NCBI GenBank assembly: GCA_976226885.1
Contig: OZ320313.1
Location: 121,334,001-121,398,000, forward strand
Source: Iphione sp. A-MEVVRFRX5
Taxonomy: Eukaryota
Length of the DNA stretch: 64,000 nt
Reading direction: 5' to 3'
A program made the position numbers and the translations under genes. Under the pieces are notes generated by a model that had not been told where the DNA came from, ran no database searches, and saw nothing but the letters and a program-made list of their open reading frames with translations. Below are positions 26,261 to 38,685 of this stretch, one piece after another (the first letter of the stretch is position 1; every line of letters starts with the position of its first letter).

Positions 26261-28404
26261 GTGAGAAAGGAGGGGCAGGGGGGAAACAAGGAGGAGAAGG
26301 GTGTTGGGAGTGGCAACGAGGACGAGAAGGGAATATATGTTAGTTTGCAGTACAATCGGTGTTAAACCTTTGGGGTCGTACAGGTAGACCGATACATGGC
26401 AGCGACAAATGTTACAAACGGGAAGCTCCATACGTCGAATAAGTCAATAAAGTTATTCATAGAAGATCGTGTACGCTGAATAAATTTGTATTTGAATTGG
26501 TAAGAATTACATGCGTCCAATTCTCGCGAAATGCGTTACAGTTAGAGTCTTTATGAATTGAAATCTGTAAATTGCAAATGGAGCGACTGTTGTCAGCATC
26601 TTTTTATGACTAAATTACATATCAAAATCAGCAGACACTGCGGGGCAATACAACATTCCCTTTATGAAGCATGTGTACCAGTATATACGATGTTTTAGAC
26701 ATCACCGTAAAATTTTCCTGTACTTTTGGCAATGCCGATAAGTCACTCTCAAAGCGTACCTGTAATATTTGCCCCTTCCCTTTTTCAAGTCTACAGTTTA
26801 AAGGTAAAGGATTACGAATTCCATTTTCCTGCATTTTATAACCACACATATATAAAAGGAACTCATTCTGGGCATCGTTTGACCAACCTGGTGCGCAGCA
26901 AAGCGACAAACAGAAATCGTTTACTTGAAGTGTGGTGTGTGGAATAACCACAGAATATAATGATTATATTGGCATGATATGTTTTTCCACTAAACATTTT
27001 ATACAAATTGAAAGGACATTGCAAATACAGTGAACAAGTAATGAAAAAAATAGATATTTCGCGACATGTATTTACATGTATTTTAAATCTGAAATAATTG
27101 TTCAGTATTTCACAATAACAATGGACGATCATAAAGTTAAAGGTTGCAAAATATCTCACAAAATCTCATTAAAAAATCTTTAACAAAGTATCAAAACAAT
27201 AATTCTCAGATTCCATTGAAAAAAGGTTCATTTATTGCCTTCTTGATAATTATGTCAACTCAACGAAAGTCAAACGTTAAATAGCTCATGCTGCACTGGT
27301 TTAAAGCAACAACATTCAAAAGTGAAGAAGAATAAAATATTGCAGCTGTGATAAACGTGAACTGGTGGTTTGCAGTGCTCTGGCGAATGGTTTCTTGTGT
27401 TGGTAAGTAACGCATTGTGTGCATACAGTGAAGGTGCAAGATGGTCGATTGATATGTCTCAAAGTAGACTCTAGCTCAATCGGCAAAATTTTATTTTACT
27501 GGGGACAAAAACCACCCAATCAGCTGCAGCCAGGTACGTCAGTTGAATATTGTGATTATGCAGTTCCAACTCAACTTTCTATAAGTTGACCTGCTGGGCC
27601 ACAAACCCTCGAATTGCTCTAGCCCATACAACCTTTTATCAAACCATAACACCTATTTGGATTTTTAAACAAAATTATTTCCAGAGTCAAATCATTACAG
27701 TTGATACCAAAAAGCTGATCCATACCCAACAGAAATGACCAAAGGGTTCATGATATAACATTCCAAACGATTATCTTTTACACGCCCTATGCACAGTGCT
27801 AGCATCATTGAAAGTAGTTTACCCAGGGCCTTATTGTCGGCATTGGAATGTTATTTTTCATTTCCTTAAGACGAAGATAAATTATGCAAATGGCCTCCCA
27901 CCTCTGTATGTACGTCTTAAACCTAATAATTGTCATTACTTTGGGAAGTATTCCGCCATACGTATTTCATCTGTTTGTGCATAGATGGCAGCCATGGTGC
28001 GCCCCTAGCAAGGAGAGAAATTACAACGAGTTTGACCACGAACTCAAAAGTGACAGCACCGTACACATATTAAAAAAAACAATGTGCAGTTGACGAATAA
28101 TTGTCACTCTGGAAGTACACCTGTTATCATGAAGGTGTTCTTGCCCTCTCATTTAATATATGCATCCAGCACCCGCGGCACCAAGAAGAAGGCCCTGAAA
28201 ACGGTGCGCTTTTGCTACGTAATGATTGTCGATTTGTTACATAGAAATGTTGGATTACTACCAGATTGCTTCTGATGTAACTACTAGGCTTGGTTACACC
28301 CAGATGACGTCAGGAGTACTGCTGTTGAACTAGTGGTGCCAGACGAGTACGACGACAGGCCGACAGTATAGTGGGGGGTGGTGGGTAGGTGGGGGGCCAC
28401 GTAC

Positions 28405-28531
28405 CTACAACACATAGTGGCTTTCGAGCAAATCGGAACCGTCCGGCCATATCTTGATACCTAAAGCGGCAGCCAGCTGACCACAGCCTCATTACATACT
28501 CTACGGCAAACCACATAACCATAATAATCTC
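28405..28531 (-). CDS. KCNQ: KCNQ exon 3b (S2 and S2-S3 linker), second copy of duplicated exon
   Basis: ctatttcag|GAG...GTA G|gtacgt; 127 bp; EIIMVMWFAVEYVMRLWSAGCRFRYQDMAGRFRFARKPLCVV; CTAAC branch-point consensus about 24 nt upstream. Confidence 0.93.
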
Positions 28532-28968
28532 CTGAAATAGAGCAGGCAGAGCCGTTAGCGCTGTCGAGTGCTGAAGGTTTTTTTTCTATGTAATTTCTTG
28601 CTGGCCCACTGCACACACACAGTGGAACGAGGAGGAAGAGGAGGTGGTGGCGGTGGTGCGGTGACTCATTTTGCGCTATGGTGGAAAGGGGTGAGGCGCA
28701 TTGGGGAGCTTGGTGGTGGCTGTCAGTAGTTCCAGTAGCAGCTGTTTCCACACGAGAGCTGCCTTAAGATGTGTCGACAGCTTCTTTACCCTTGTGTAAT
28801 GTAAAAAAAGCAGGGCATATTCCTCTCTCCTCCTTTCGGCAGACCTGCGCACAGCAGACGGCTGCAGACATCCAACACCTGTTCTACCTGCACTGCACCA
28901 CACCTGAAAGGCCAAGTGAGGGGGATTTCTAGAGGATGAGTACAACGCAAAACACGTATAATACCTAC

Positions 28969-29095
28969 CTACAATACACAAAGGCCGCTTAATAAATTGC
29001 AACCGTCCCGAGAGTTCCTGGTAGCGGGATCGACAGCCGGCCGACCACACTCTCAGCAAAAATTCGGTCATAAACCAAACAACCATGATCAGTTC
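28969..29095 (-). CDS. KCNQ: KCNQ exon 3a (S2 and S2-S3 linker), first copy of duplicated exon
   Basis: tttcag|GAA...GTA G|gtaggt; 127 bp; ELIMVVWFMTEFLLRVWSAGCRSRYQELSGRLQFIKRPLCIV; contains KCNQ RVWSAGC motif. Confidence 0.93.
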
Positions 29096-31252
29096 CTGAA
29101 ACAACGAGACGAGGGAACAGTTGGAAGGCAGTATATCAGTAGGTAGCTACCCCTACAGACTAATGGGAGATGGAGGAGGAGGAGGAGAAGACTGGGAGGG
29201 CGGCAGTCATTTGTGTGACGACCCTATACGACACTCGCTAAGTACTGGAAATCCTACCAAATAATACACGTTTGTGCGGCATACCGAATGAAGGTGACTG
29301 GTGTAATGCGGGTATGACATTTATACATGAAGACGTAAACATGGATCCATCCTGAAGTGCTACGTAATAAACTACTCCTGGTTGATTTGTTCTTGACACA
29401 AACGCACACATTAGGGTTTTATACCGTTCAAACTAGCTAAACTTAATTTTAACATTGAAGTATTATTTTAACATTAAAGTTTGTTCCCACTTATTGCTAG
29501 CTCATATAGGGTATAGAAGATTAAGAATCTTAGATGGAAATGGAATATACTGTGTATACGCATCTATCGGGTCAATAGCAAGGCTCTACCGTGAAGACAG
29601 GATATATACTAGATATTACACCACAGAGCCAGTCATGTGCACACACTGTATGCAGCTACATACACTGCAAAACATATTCATATCAGATTTCAGAATTTTG
29701 CAGTAGCAGTATCTGTTAGATTGTCTCTCAGTCCATAAGTCAAAATATATGCATAGAATTATTTCCACTTTGTCTTGTGTCTATTAACAGCCATCTGCAA
29801 GAAAATAACATTAATCTTTGGTTAAGTGAAATACACCATTCATATGCAATTTTCAATATCAATTCTGTTTCAATGGTATTCATAACATGCACAAATATTT
29901 TGCTTTCAGTTTCATTACAAAGGCTTTATAAAAATGACTTTAAAAAAAATCAGTATGTTGAAATGTATCCAATGTGCGTTTTAAAAAGAAAAAAGACACA
30001 ACATATACATTGTCAGATTTCTAAACATCATATATTAAGCATGCAGTGCACAGTTACAATTACGTGTGTAAACAAAGAGGACGCGAATTATGGACTGATG
30101 GAAACTAGAGAATATACTCAGCTCAAACTAAAGAAACTATTTAGCTAAAATTTACAAAATGATATGTACATGTATATTAATTGTGTTCCGGTAATGGTCA
30201 TTGTATTCGTTGCACTTTGTAAACATAGGGTTGGATAGCTATGGATGATTCATCGATTACACTAACATGTTTCTGTGATATTTGAACTTCTTTATCGACC
30301 GATTATTGTGTGTGTAAAGCCGGGTGTGACAGAAAGGAGGCGCATGAAAGTGCATGAGCCATCTTATGAGACTAGAACATTAATATCAATAATCCTAAAA
30401 TACTGTGCAATAAATGAGAGGCTTACTCACCAAATGATACAACACATTACTGGACACTTCTTCAAGTTGTGGAACAGTAGAAAATATACTTAAAAGCAGA
30501 CACAGGAAGACCATCAGGAATCTGGAATAGTATAGGGCCAAGATAACTCATCAGGACAAGTACCCACAAGGTCAAAGACTAAAGACCAATTGACTAGTCC
30601 CAGTCAGAAGGTATGCTTTATGACAGGTAACGCGGGTTAGCTCAGAGCTTTGCTGACATCTTTCCAGACCACCGTACATCAACTTAATTTGTCTGAGAAC
30701 CAGTGATGTGCTACATCCTGAATGGGACCATGTCTAGAGTGGCAGGCATTGAACGATCTCATCATCTCTCCCACCAGCCAATCGCATCCTCCTCGGAAAT
30801 TGGTAGCATTTATATACACATACAATATATAGATATATGTATATATATGCATATACCTAGTGCCTGCTCACTAATTGAAAAATAACCATACTTCTAACAT
30901 TTTTCGATTTGCTACCTTAAATTGTCAAGATTACACTATAAATGGCTTTTCCCTGTATGTCCTTCTTCCAAGATATACAAGTGGCGCAAGATGATATATC
31001 GGGAGCTCTAGTGGTCTTGTGGTGATAGCTCTCCCGAAAAAATTGAATCAATATGTGATTTGGATCCATTTTTATAAAGACATTTTGCCAAATGCACCCT
31101 GGTCTGAGGTCACGAGAAGCATTGTCGATTGGCTGGGGACGGTGGTTGATGACATGTTGAAGAGACGAACGGCCCTAGCCAACACAAGGGGTGAACAGTC
31201 GGCTCATCGATGGCACAGCCAAGCCAGTAGAGGCGGAAGCTTCGACACTCAC

Positions 31253-31343
31253 CATGTAATACAGCACCTTGCCAGTAACATCCTCAAAAATGGGGATGGT
31301 GGAAAACACACTCAATACTAAACAGAGAAAGACCATCATAAAT
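31253..31343 (-). CDS. KCNQ: KCNQ potassium channel exon (S1 and S1-S2 loop; equivalent to vertebrate KCNQ exon 2)
   Basis: tttccag|A TTT ATG...TAC ATG|gtgagt; 91 bp; encodes FMMVFLCLVLSVFSTIPIFEDVTGKVLYYM, matching the KCNQ S1 motif (CLxLSVFSTI); same length as vertebrate KCNQ exon 2. Confidence 0.95.
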
Positions 31344-32691
31344 CTGGAAATAGATAATAATACCACACACTAAATGAAGATTGGGTTGCCATGGTAATGT
31401 ACTTATCGGTGGCCAACGATCTTACTCAACATTATATGTAAATGTGATAACTGCACACCACTTTGTTCTGCTTTGTGTCTATTTGAAGCTTAAGTAACGT
31501 TCATGATGGCCGTATGGGCTTTGACAAAATGGTACTCTTACGTTAAAAAAGTAATCTTTGTCAATTTTAAAATGATCTCCATGGGGTATAATAAAATGGT
31601 CATATGGTTAGAACTGAGTTTAGTCAATACGACACAACTCACAAATGGTTTGAGAGTACATATCAGTTCATCGATTATCGATTCAATACGTATACAAAAT
31701 GGCATGCTTGCATACAAACACCGAACGGTTATTGTCTCATTCATCCACATAGTTTTACCGTATAGTAAAGATGGTTTTATAAGGCTTTAATATGTATTTT
31801 ACGTTGCTCTCCTGTGTTGTCAGTGCCAGAGCAAAATACCTATGTCTCCTTGCAAAAATAGACTTTAAGTATCATTCTTGCCAGCAAACATAGCTATTTT
31901 ATTCTAACCTTCTTCGGTTTGAAGGAGAGTGGATAGATATCCCCTGCTGGAAATGTTGCAATATTCTTGAATTGTAAAAACGATCAAGAAAAGTCCCCTT
32001 CACACCTGCTGTACATCGCAAAAACTGTATGAATTTACATTGGTAAATATTGCGAAGCATATTACTCCCAAACAGCGAGAGAGGACTCATCTAATTAAAA
32101 GGACATTACATTTTCCGAAGGATTTATACCATTTACAGCCTGAACAGATACATTTCCGACCAAACCATGCCTTTCGACTATTCTTTAGATGATTTCTCAC
32201 TGCCTAATGATTCGCGGTCTTCAATGCATAGTTACAGGTAGCTCAGAGCATTGTTGTTGTATTCGTATACTGCCTCCAGACTTGATGAGTATAGGAAAAC
32301 TAAAAACCTACTCACGTTACCCGGGGAGAATGAAGGTACTTACCTGCAACAGAAAAGAAAATGACACTGTAATCCTGCACTTTGGAATTAGCATGGGGTA
32401 TTTTCAGCAATAAGAAATGACCAGGGATGTATTCAGCCAAAGTTGAAAAAAATGAAAACAAAAATTAAAGAGATGTTACAATAGAAATCTGAGATTGAGT
32501 ATATAAAGAATGCTTGCATTTTCAAACATCACCAGAGACAGGTGGACGAAGGTAAATGCCGCAAGTGTGCATCTGCAGAGTATAGCTATCACAGAAGTAT
32601 AAGCAAGCCTGACAGACCAAACAAATCTTGCATAGTCCAACTGGCTGCACAGGTATCATAGCAAAACACTGGTTTGTCCCAACCATAAGTA

Positions 32692-33740
32692 CCTTAAAGT
32701 GGGGTTACTTGAGACGGTGGGGTAACTTGAGACACTGCCCTACTTTCTGACTGTAAAGTGCTCCTTAATATATAATATTAATTATAGCAAAATCATATAC
32801 TTATCAAGATGTAGCTGCTATTAATACCAATCATTTGAGTATGAATGATATTTCTTACTACTTAGGAAAACCTTTGTTAAAATGGAATAAATGTATAATA
32901 AAATAGTCATATAAAAATAGAATTGTGTATAACTTTGGCCACACAGAATTAAGTTATATACTTTTTGGTTTAAAGTTATATTTTGTGAGAAACTCCATTT
33001 GTTTTTAAATAGATGTGATAATTCAATTCATCCTACATGCATTTTCCACTATTTTATCACATATTTCACAAAAAAAATGAGAAATTGGGGTAACTTGAGA
33101 CACTTTTTCAAATTACTCTAGGTAAGGGGTATGTTCGAATATTTCATTCCTATGGCTACCAATTGTGAAATACTATACACAACTACGATATAGAAGTCAA
33201 AAAACACTCCTGTGAAGATTTGTTACATAAGCTCTTTAAGGTGCAGATCATTCCAATTAATTAATGTCTCAAATAACCCCGAAGCTGTCTCAAGTAACCC
33301 CATCGTGGGGTAACTTGAGACGCTTGGGCTTACATGAGACAGCCTTTAACTTTTAGGTGAAAAATTGAATCCAGTTAATATTGAAACATCTGATAAATAT
33401 ATTGTTATATCAGAGTGAACATGTTATTCAAGAAACAGTGATAATGGTGTTTGGAAAGTCAATTTAACTAAGGTTTTTTAGATCTAGACCATTGTTAATA
33501 GTAACTGTCTCAAGTTACCCCAAGCTGTCTCAAGTTACCCCAAAGCTGGGGTAACTTGAGACAGCTGTTTTGTAAAAAAATGATACACTTAAAATATATA
33601 TTTTTCAAAGCTTTAGCAATATTTCAATTTACATTAGGCCCATCTATCATATTCAATTAAAACCTCAACCTTTTTATGTTAAATATTTTTGATAATTCAA
33701 AAAAACCTCCAAAACTGTCTCAAGTAACCCCACTTTACGG
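32692..33740. mobile_element. Non-autonomous Tc1/mariner/pogo-type DNA transposon (MITE), 1049 bp
   Basis: Terminal inverted repeats CC(T/G)TAAAGTGGGGTTACTTGAGAC, TA dinucleotide on both flanks, about 10 copies of GGGGTAACTTGAGAC in both orientations, AT-rich non-coding interior. Confidence 0.9.
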
Positions 33741-34199
33741 TATGTAACAATAAGTGTAAGGTACTAAACGTACCTGACCAGTCATTGAATAGACCTATGA
33801 ACATCAATGGTCACAGGCGATCACCTATAAACATCTAGAGATTCAACCGCATTCAACCGGCACGTATCAACAGCCTGCTTGCAGCACAGGTAATAGATAT
33901 GCTGATGCCTATTACTGAAAAGTCATCCATAATAAGTTCAATTCTCCGAGCACTGGTGTGATATGCAACAATATGTGTCAATGGAAACCCAGTTCAGAAG
34001 CTCAACCAATGGCCAACTCATAGTAGAACAGTATGTGGCACTCGCTATCTCGTGTAGTTCTCATTTTCTTAACCCACATGCACTTTTTCAGTACATAGAT
34101 AAGCACAAGTCACACTTGAACTTTATTGCACATATTTGTCCATATGAACACCATAAGTGCAGTGTAGTTTTGTTCCTTAATCAAGTACACCACTAAGGG

Positions 34200-34630
34200 G
34201 GTTGCTGAATGAGAGTGGGCAGAATATGTGCCACTGATAGATTTGACACTGCCCTCAGTGCTGCAGGTAACCTGTTCCATGCACATAACCCAGTTGAAGC
34301 TGAGAAATGCCAGACTGTTCTTAAAGTGAGAATCCTTGTCCCTTGTTTTATTCCCAAGATGTGTCTTCAATCTGTCGAACATCATCTGCATACCCAAGTG
34401 AACTTGATGATGTACAGCTTGAATTCCCTTTTTCTTAATCAACTGCTCAACTCATACCAATCCACATGGATTCCGCAGCTACATTGCCAATAGAGATGTC
34501 TTTGATTGCAGTATGATACAATCTGATATTGTTGGCCTGGCTCAGACTATACAGTACTACCACATTGTCGTTTAGGTACAGTAGCAGAGGAGACCTGGAA
34601 AGCATTGGTTGAGCTCGCAATGGCAGCACC
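34200..34630 (-). mobile_element. Highly decayed LINE reverse transcriptase fragment
   Basis: SPLLLYLND...NIRLY...WIGMS resembles the RT domain 4-6 region of CR1/L2/RTE LINEs; many stops. Confidence 0.35.
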
Positions 34631-37600
34631 GTCTTGGCTCCGCCAAGTCATCGGGCAATAGACTAAGTTGTCCTAATCAGGATTTTTAGGCACACTTTTA
34701 ATCTAAGTCTGCTATTTATTGTGTACCATAGCAGTTTGATTGTGTTTTTCGTTTTGAGATTCTCTCCTAAAGGGCTCAAGTCGAAGGGGATGTTAGACAC
34801 TCTCCCTACAGGAAGAAATTATTCAGATGAAACGTAAAGAAACTGTCATGTAATATTAAGTCGACAATGCATTAAATAGGAATTAAATGCATTCTATAGG
34901 AACCACTTCAATTTAGATCACTTATTTCAGTTTCCCTTATCCGAATAAACATCTTCCTTGAATTGGTCTATTGGAAATAGCCTGAATTTGGATAGCAAGG
35001 GCCGACTATGTATTTTTCCGATTAGAAAACTGAAGCTATTGGTAAAAACAATGGGAAAAACAGAAAACATCTTTTTTTCAGAATGTTTCCACAATTTCAC
35101 CCCAAAAATCCAACTCTTAACATAACAGGTTCTCATGCACAGTTTATCTTGGAATCTATCATTTAAAATATCAGTATTATTTTTGCCTTAATACTGAAGG
35201 CAGAACCGTTATAGAAGATACAAGTACATAATTATATGATTTGGTACATTATATAGAAACTTAATGTACATCGGCATATCGGCTTCTGGAGCAAACAGAA
35301 ATTGGACATGACAGTGGATACATTGAGCTCAGAACCATCCTATTTTATCTTAATTAATAGTAGATCACTATGAGGACATAACCGCATTGGGGTTAATTCT
35401 CAAGGAGGCCAAGGAACCTATTTTTTTATTTTGTACGTCAAGCATGTGTCTATAGTACGTGTCTCGTACTTGTCCGTCCGCTTCTGGTCTCAAAACTAAT
35501 TAGGAGCATTCCTTGGAATATTGAGACCATCAGCCAATCATATAACGTTTCTCATATGTTCTAGGTGTTCAGTTCTTGAATAAATATCTGCACAAATAAG
35601 CTCGAAGAACGGGTGATAATAGTCATTTCCAGATGATTACTATATACAGCTGGTGAGTATGCGGCTATAACGGATTGCTGACCTTCCGAATACAAATTAC
35701 AAGTATTAGTAGGAGGATTATATATGAGATCAATCATTTAAAGATATAATACTGTGAAAATTTCTTTAGTTTGTTTGGCACATAAAATGTTAATCCACTT
35801 AGTGACTTGAAGTTCCTGGCGTTATGTATTTTTTTTGTAATTCATAGACTTGAAGTTTCAAACTATTCATAATCCTTACACTTTATTGGCCTGAGGTTGC
35901 AAGCAGTATTAACACTTTGTATGGCTTTTAGTGTTTTTTTATATTTCGGAAGTGTGAAGTACTGCTGATAAAGCAACATACAAGTTGGAGGCTATAATCG
36001 TACGAGCGTGGGTGTATTATACAGATATGCTGATGCCTATTACTGTTACTATTATTGTTTCTATTCGCGTTTTAATCGTTAATCTTTCTCTTTACGTCAA
36101 CCGTGTATCATATATGTACATTGTACAATCTCACGACTGGGAATAGCAAAGGTACCGGCCAAATTACTTAAACATGGATTTACGGGTTGTCTAAAGGTGA
36201 GACTATTTCTAAATGTGAGACGCCCTGATTACAAGGATTTCTACTGCATATACGTGTGTGTGTACTTTTCTTCAGTTTGTTTTCTTGCCTCCTCAACGAG
36301 ATCTATTACACAGCAGGTAACCATCACTGACGATGACTGCTCCTCATTGACCTTCTAATATAAGTTTTGAACCCCGGTTTATATCATCTGGTCTTACTAT
36401 AGCATGATTTATATCATATTTACGTTCTTTTTTGGTGTGGGTACACTGAAACCTTGCTGTTCCAATACTCACCATTCCAGTAATTTCAGGGTTTTTAAGA
36501 AATCATTTGGAAACAGAATGGTCAACTTTCAGTATTAAAACTCTTCATCATACCAACACGTATCTATTCCACATATAATCACTTGGACAAAAGCAACTTT
36601 GCACTAGCGAGGAGCTACTGTAGTTCATGTGCTGTATTTACGTTTCAAATCAAGTTAATATGGAAATGAGTCACTTTTTCTATGGTCTATATCAAGGAAA
36701 TGTGTAGAAGGTTTGCTCACTTTGTAATAACATTCAAATGCCATCAATCATGAGCTGATGTTATACATGCAAATACCAGGATGTTTGCCTTTATCCTTCA
36801 TAAATGTATACATTTTGATTGTTCTTCGAGTTGAAAATACGGTTTGTAAATATGGGAGCATGACATTGTGGCATGTTCTTCACCTAGATGAGCACAACCT
36901 ATTCAGTCAAATATATGAGCTGCAGCAGGTATGTATCTCAAACCATGTTTCACCTTGGTAGAGCAAATATTTAGATTTCCCTCCGCCAAATGAGCTCAAA
37001 CAACTCCTGTGATAACATAAATGTCTAAATACCCACATCAACTTCTTACCGGGGGCTATTTGGTTGAACAATGAGTGAATGTTTACTTCAATCATTAGCA
37101 TCATCTCAACACGATCGCTATTCAAACCCAAATAGGAAGCAGTGAGACACCTGAAAGATTTCGAGAGGTACTGGGACAGATTTGGGCAGCAGATGCGAGA
37201 ACTATTGCTAGAGGTAAAACGAATGACATGAAGAAGTAGGAAAAGGACAAAAGTAGGCAGGAGGAAGAATATCTATATAATGTATACATCTATACATTCA
37301 AAGCTTTGTGGCTATCGTCGTAACCATGTGACTCGAATCCTTTGACTGCCTCCCCTAACTGGGAGAAACAAATCAAGTTTTAGTGAGCAGGGGTGAATGT
37401 AATTTGATATCTTATTTTATTATGTAATCGTGCGTGCGCTGAGTGAGATTCTCTGGTCAATACGTTCTGACTTGGAGGTAGATTATGTACGCAGGTCAAG
37501 GTTCCCAGATATGATAGTGTGCACGTTGCAGGGCACATATTGAATGATTTCATGTCAATGGCTTCAACCTTGAGAATCAACAAGCTGTATCTTTTGCTTC

Positions 37601-38619
37601 GTGTAGAAGAATTATTAAGACATCTAACTACTGTTCACATGACGCCCGAAATCGTATTGATCAAAGTATTTCCAATTACAATTTAACACGAATCATTGTT
37701 CATCCTAATAGAAAATCTCGCAATCCATCCGCGACATGATTGATGCGTTTGGTCAGTAAATCAATAATGCAATGTCTTACAAGTTTGATAAATTCTAAGC
37801 ATCGCGCCGATGTCTAGAACTGTACGGTTCCTCTGCTAATGTTTGTCTGTTCATTCCCCCATACACTCACAGGACTGTTTCACATTCCTGTCAAAGCAAC
37901 TCTACTACTATGCAATATACAATTCATTTATGTAGGTATCTATCCAATTTACAAAGCGACGGCGACATAACCGTAATGGAATGGCATCATTTTACGTCAA
38001 TCCCCATTAATGAAATGCCTTACCCCGCTGTAACTAACACCTAGGATAGTGGTGTCTCCATGGCTTTCGTCAGCGTGCCGGCCTGTGGCAAAGGGCGACA
38101 GGTCGTGGAACTACAAGTAAAAATGTGACGCTGACTGCCCATCAAACCCCGCTGGCTTCGCTCTGGCTGCAAAATAGATGGTGCCATGGAAAGGTCCTTC
38201 TAGTGGAAATAGATCTCTATCAGGTTTTGGTAGACACTTTCATTGGCACAGCAAGTAGTGCTGTTTAACTCTATCATTTCAAGTAATTCTCCATTGGACC
38301 TGTACATTCTGCCACTATTTTCCGTTGGCACTGTAGAAATCAGTAAATTGCTATTTCATGTTTTCGGGTTTTTATTTTCATCTTCATTGTGTCTTTAACC
38401 AGGAACTCGATATTCAGCAATCATTTCAGCTATTCTTCCATATGCTCTCAGAGTAGCATACTTCCATCTATTATTGAGAACTGAGAGAGGAAAATACCCA
38501 AGGTTGTACCCTACTCATATTTTGAATAGGTTTCTGAGGTCTTCTTGTACATAAGGGACAGATCCCTATACAACCATGACCTTCGTTATAGACCATTCTG
38601 TGTTGGGGCTACTGTAAAT

Positions 38620-38685
38620 TTGTCTGGTCATGATCAAGAGTCCCAGGCCTAGTCAGCACTCTTATTGACTGAGCTAACTCCAAAC
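38620..38685 (-). mobile_element. Possible degenerate tRNA-derived SINE head
   Basis: A-box-like TTAGCTCAGTCAATAAGAGTGCTGACT; B box poorly conserved. Confidence 0.25.

Noticed and set aside
28405-29095. The two exon-3 copies as parts of two tandem KCNQ paralogues
   Set aside because: Only one copy each of exons 2 and 4-7 flanks them, so they belong to one gene
28676-29104. 142-aa ORF read-through as a long exon or stand-alone gene
   Set aside because: KCNQ similarity stops exactly at the 28969 donor; the rest is intron read-through
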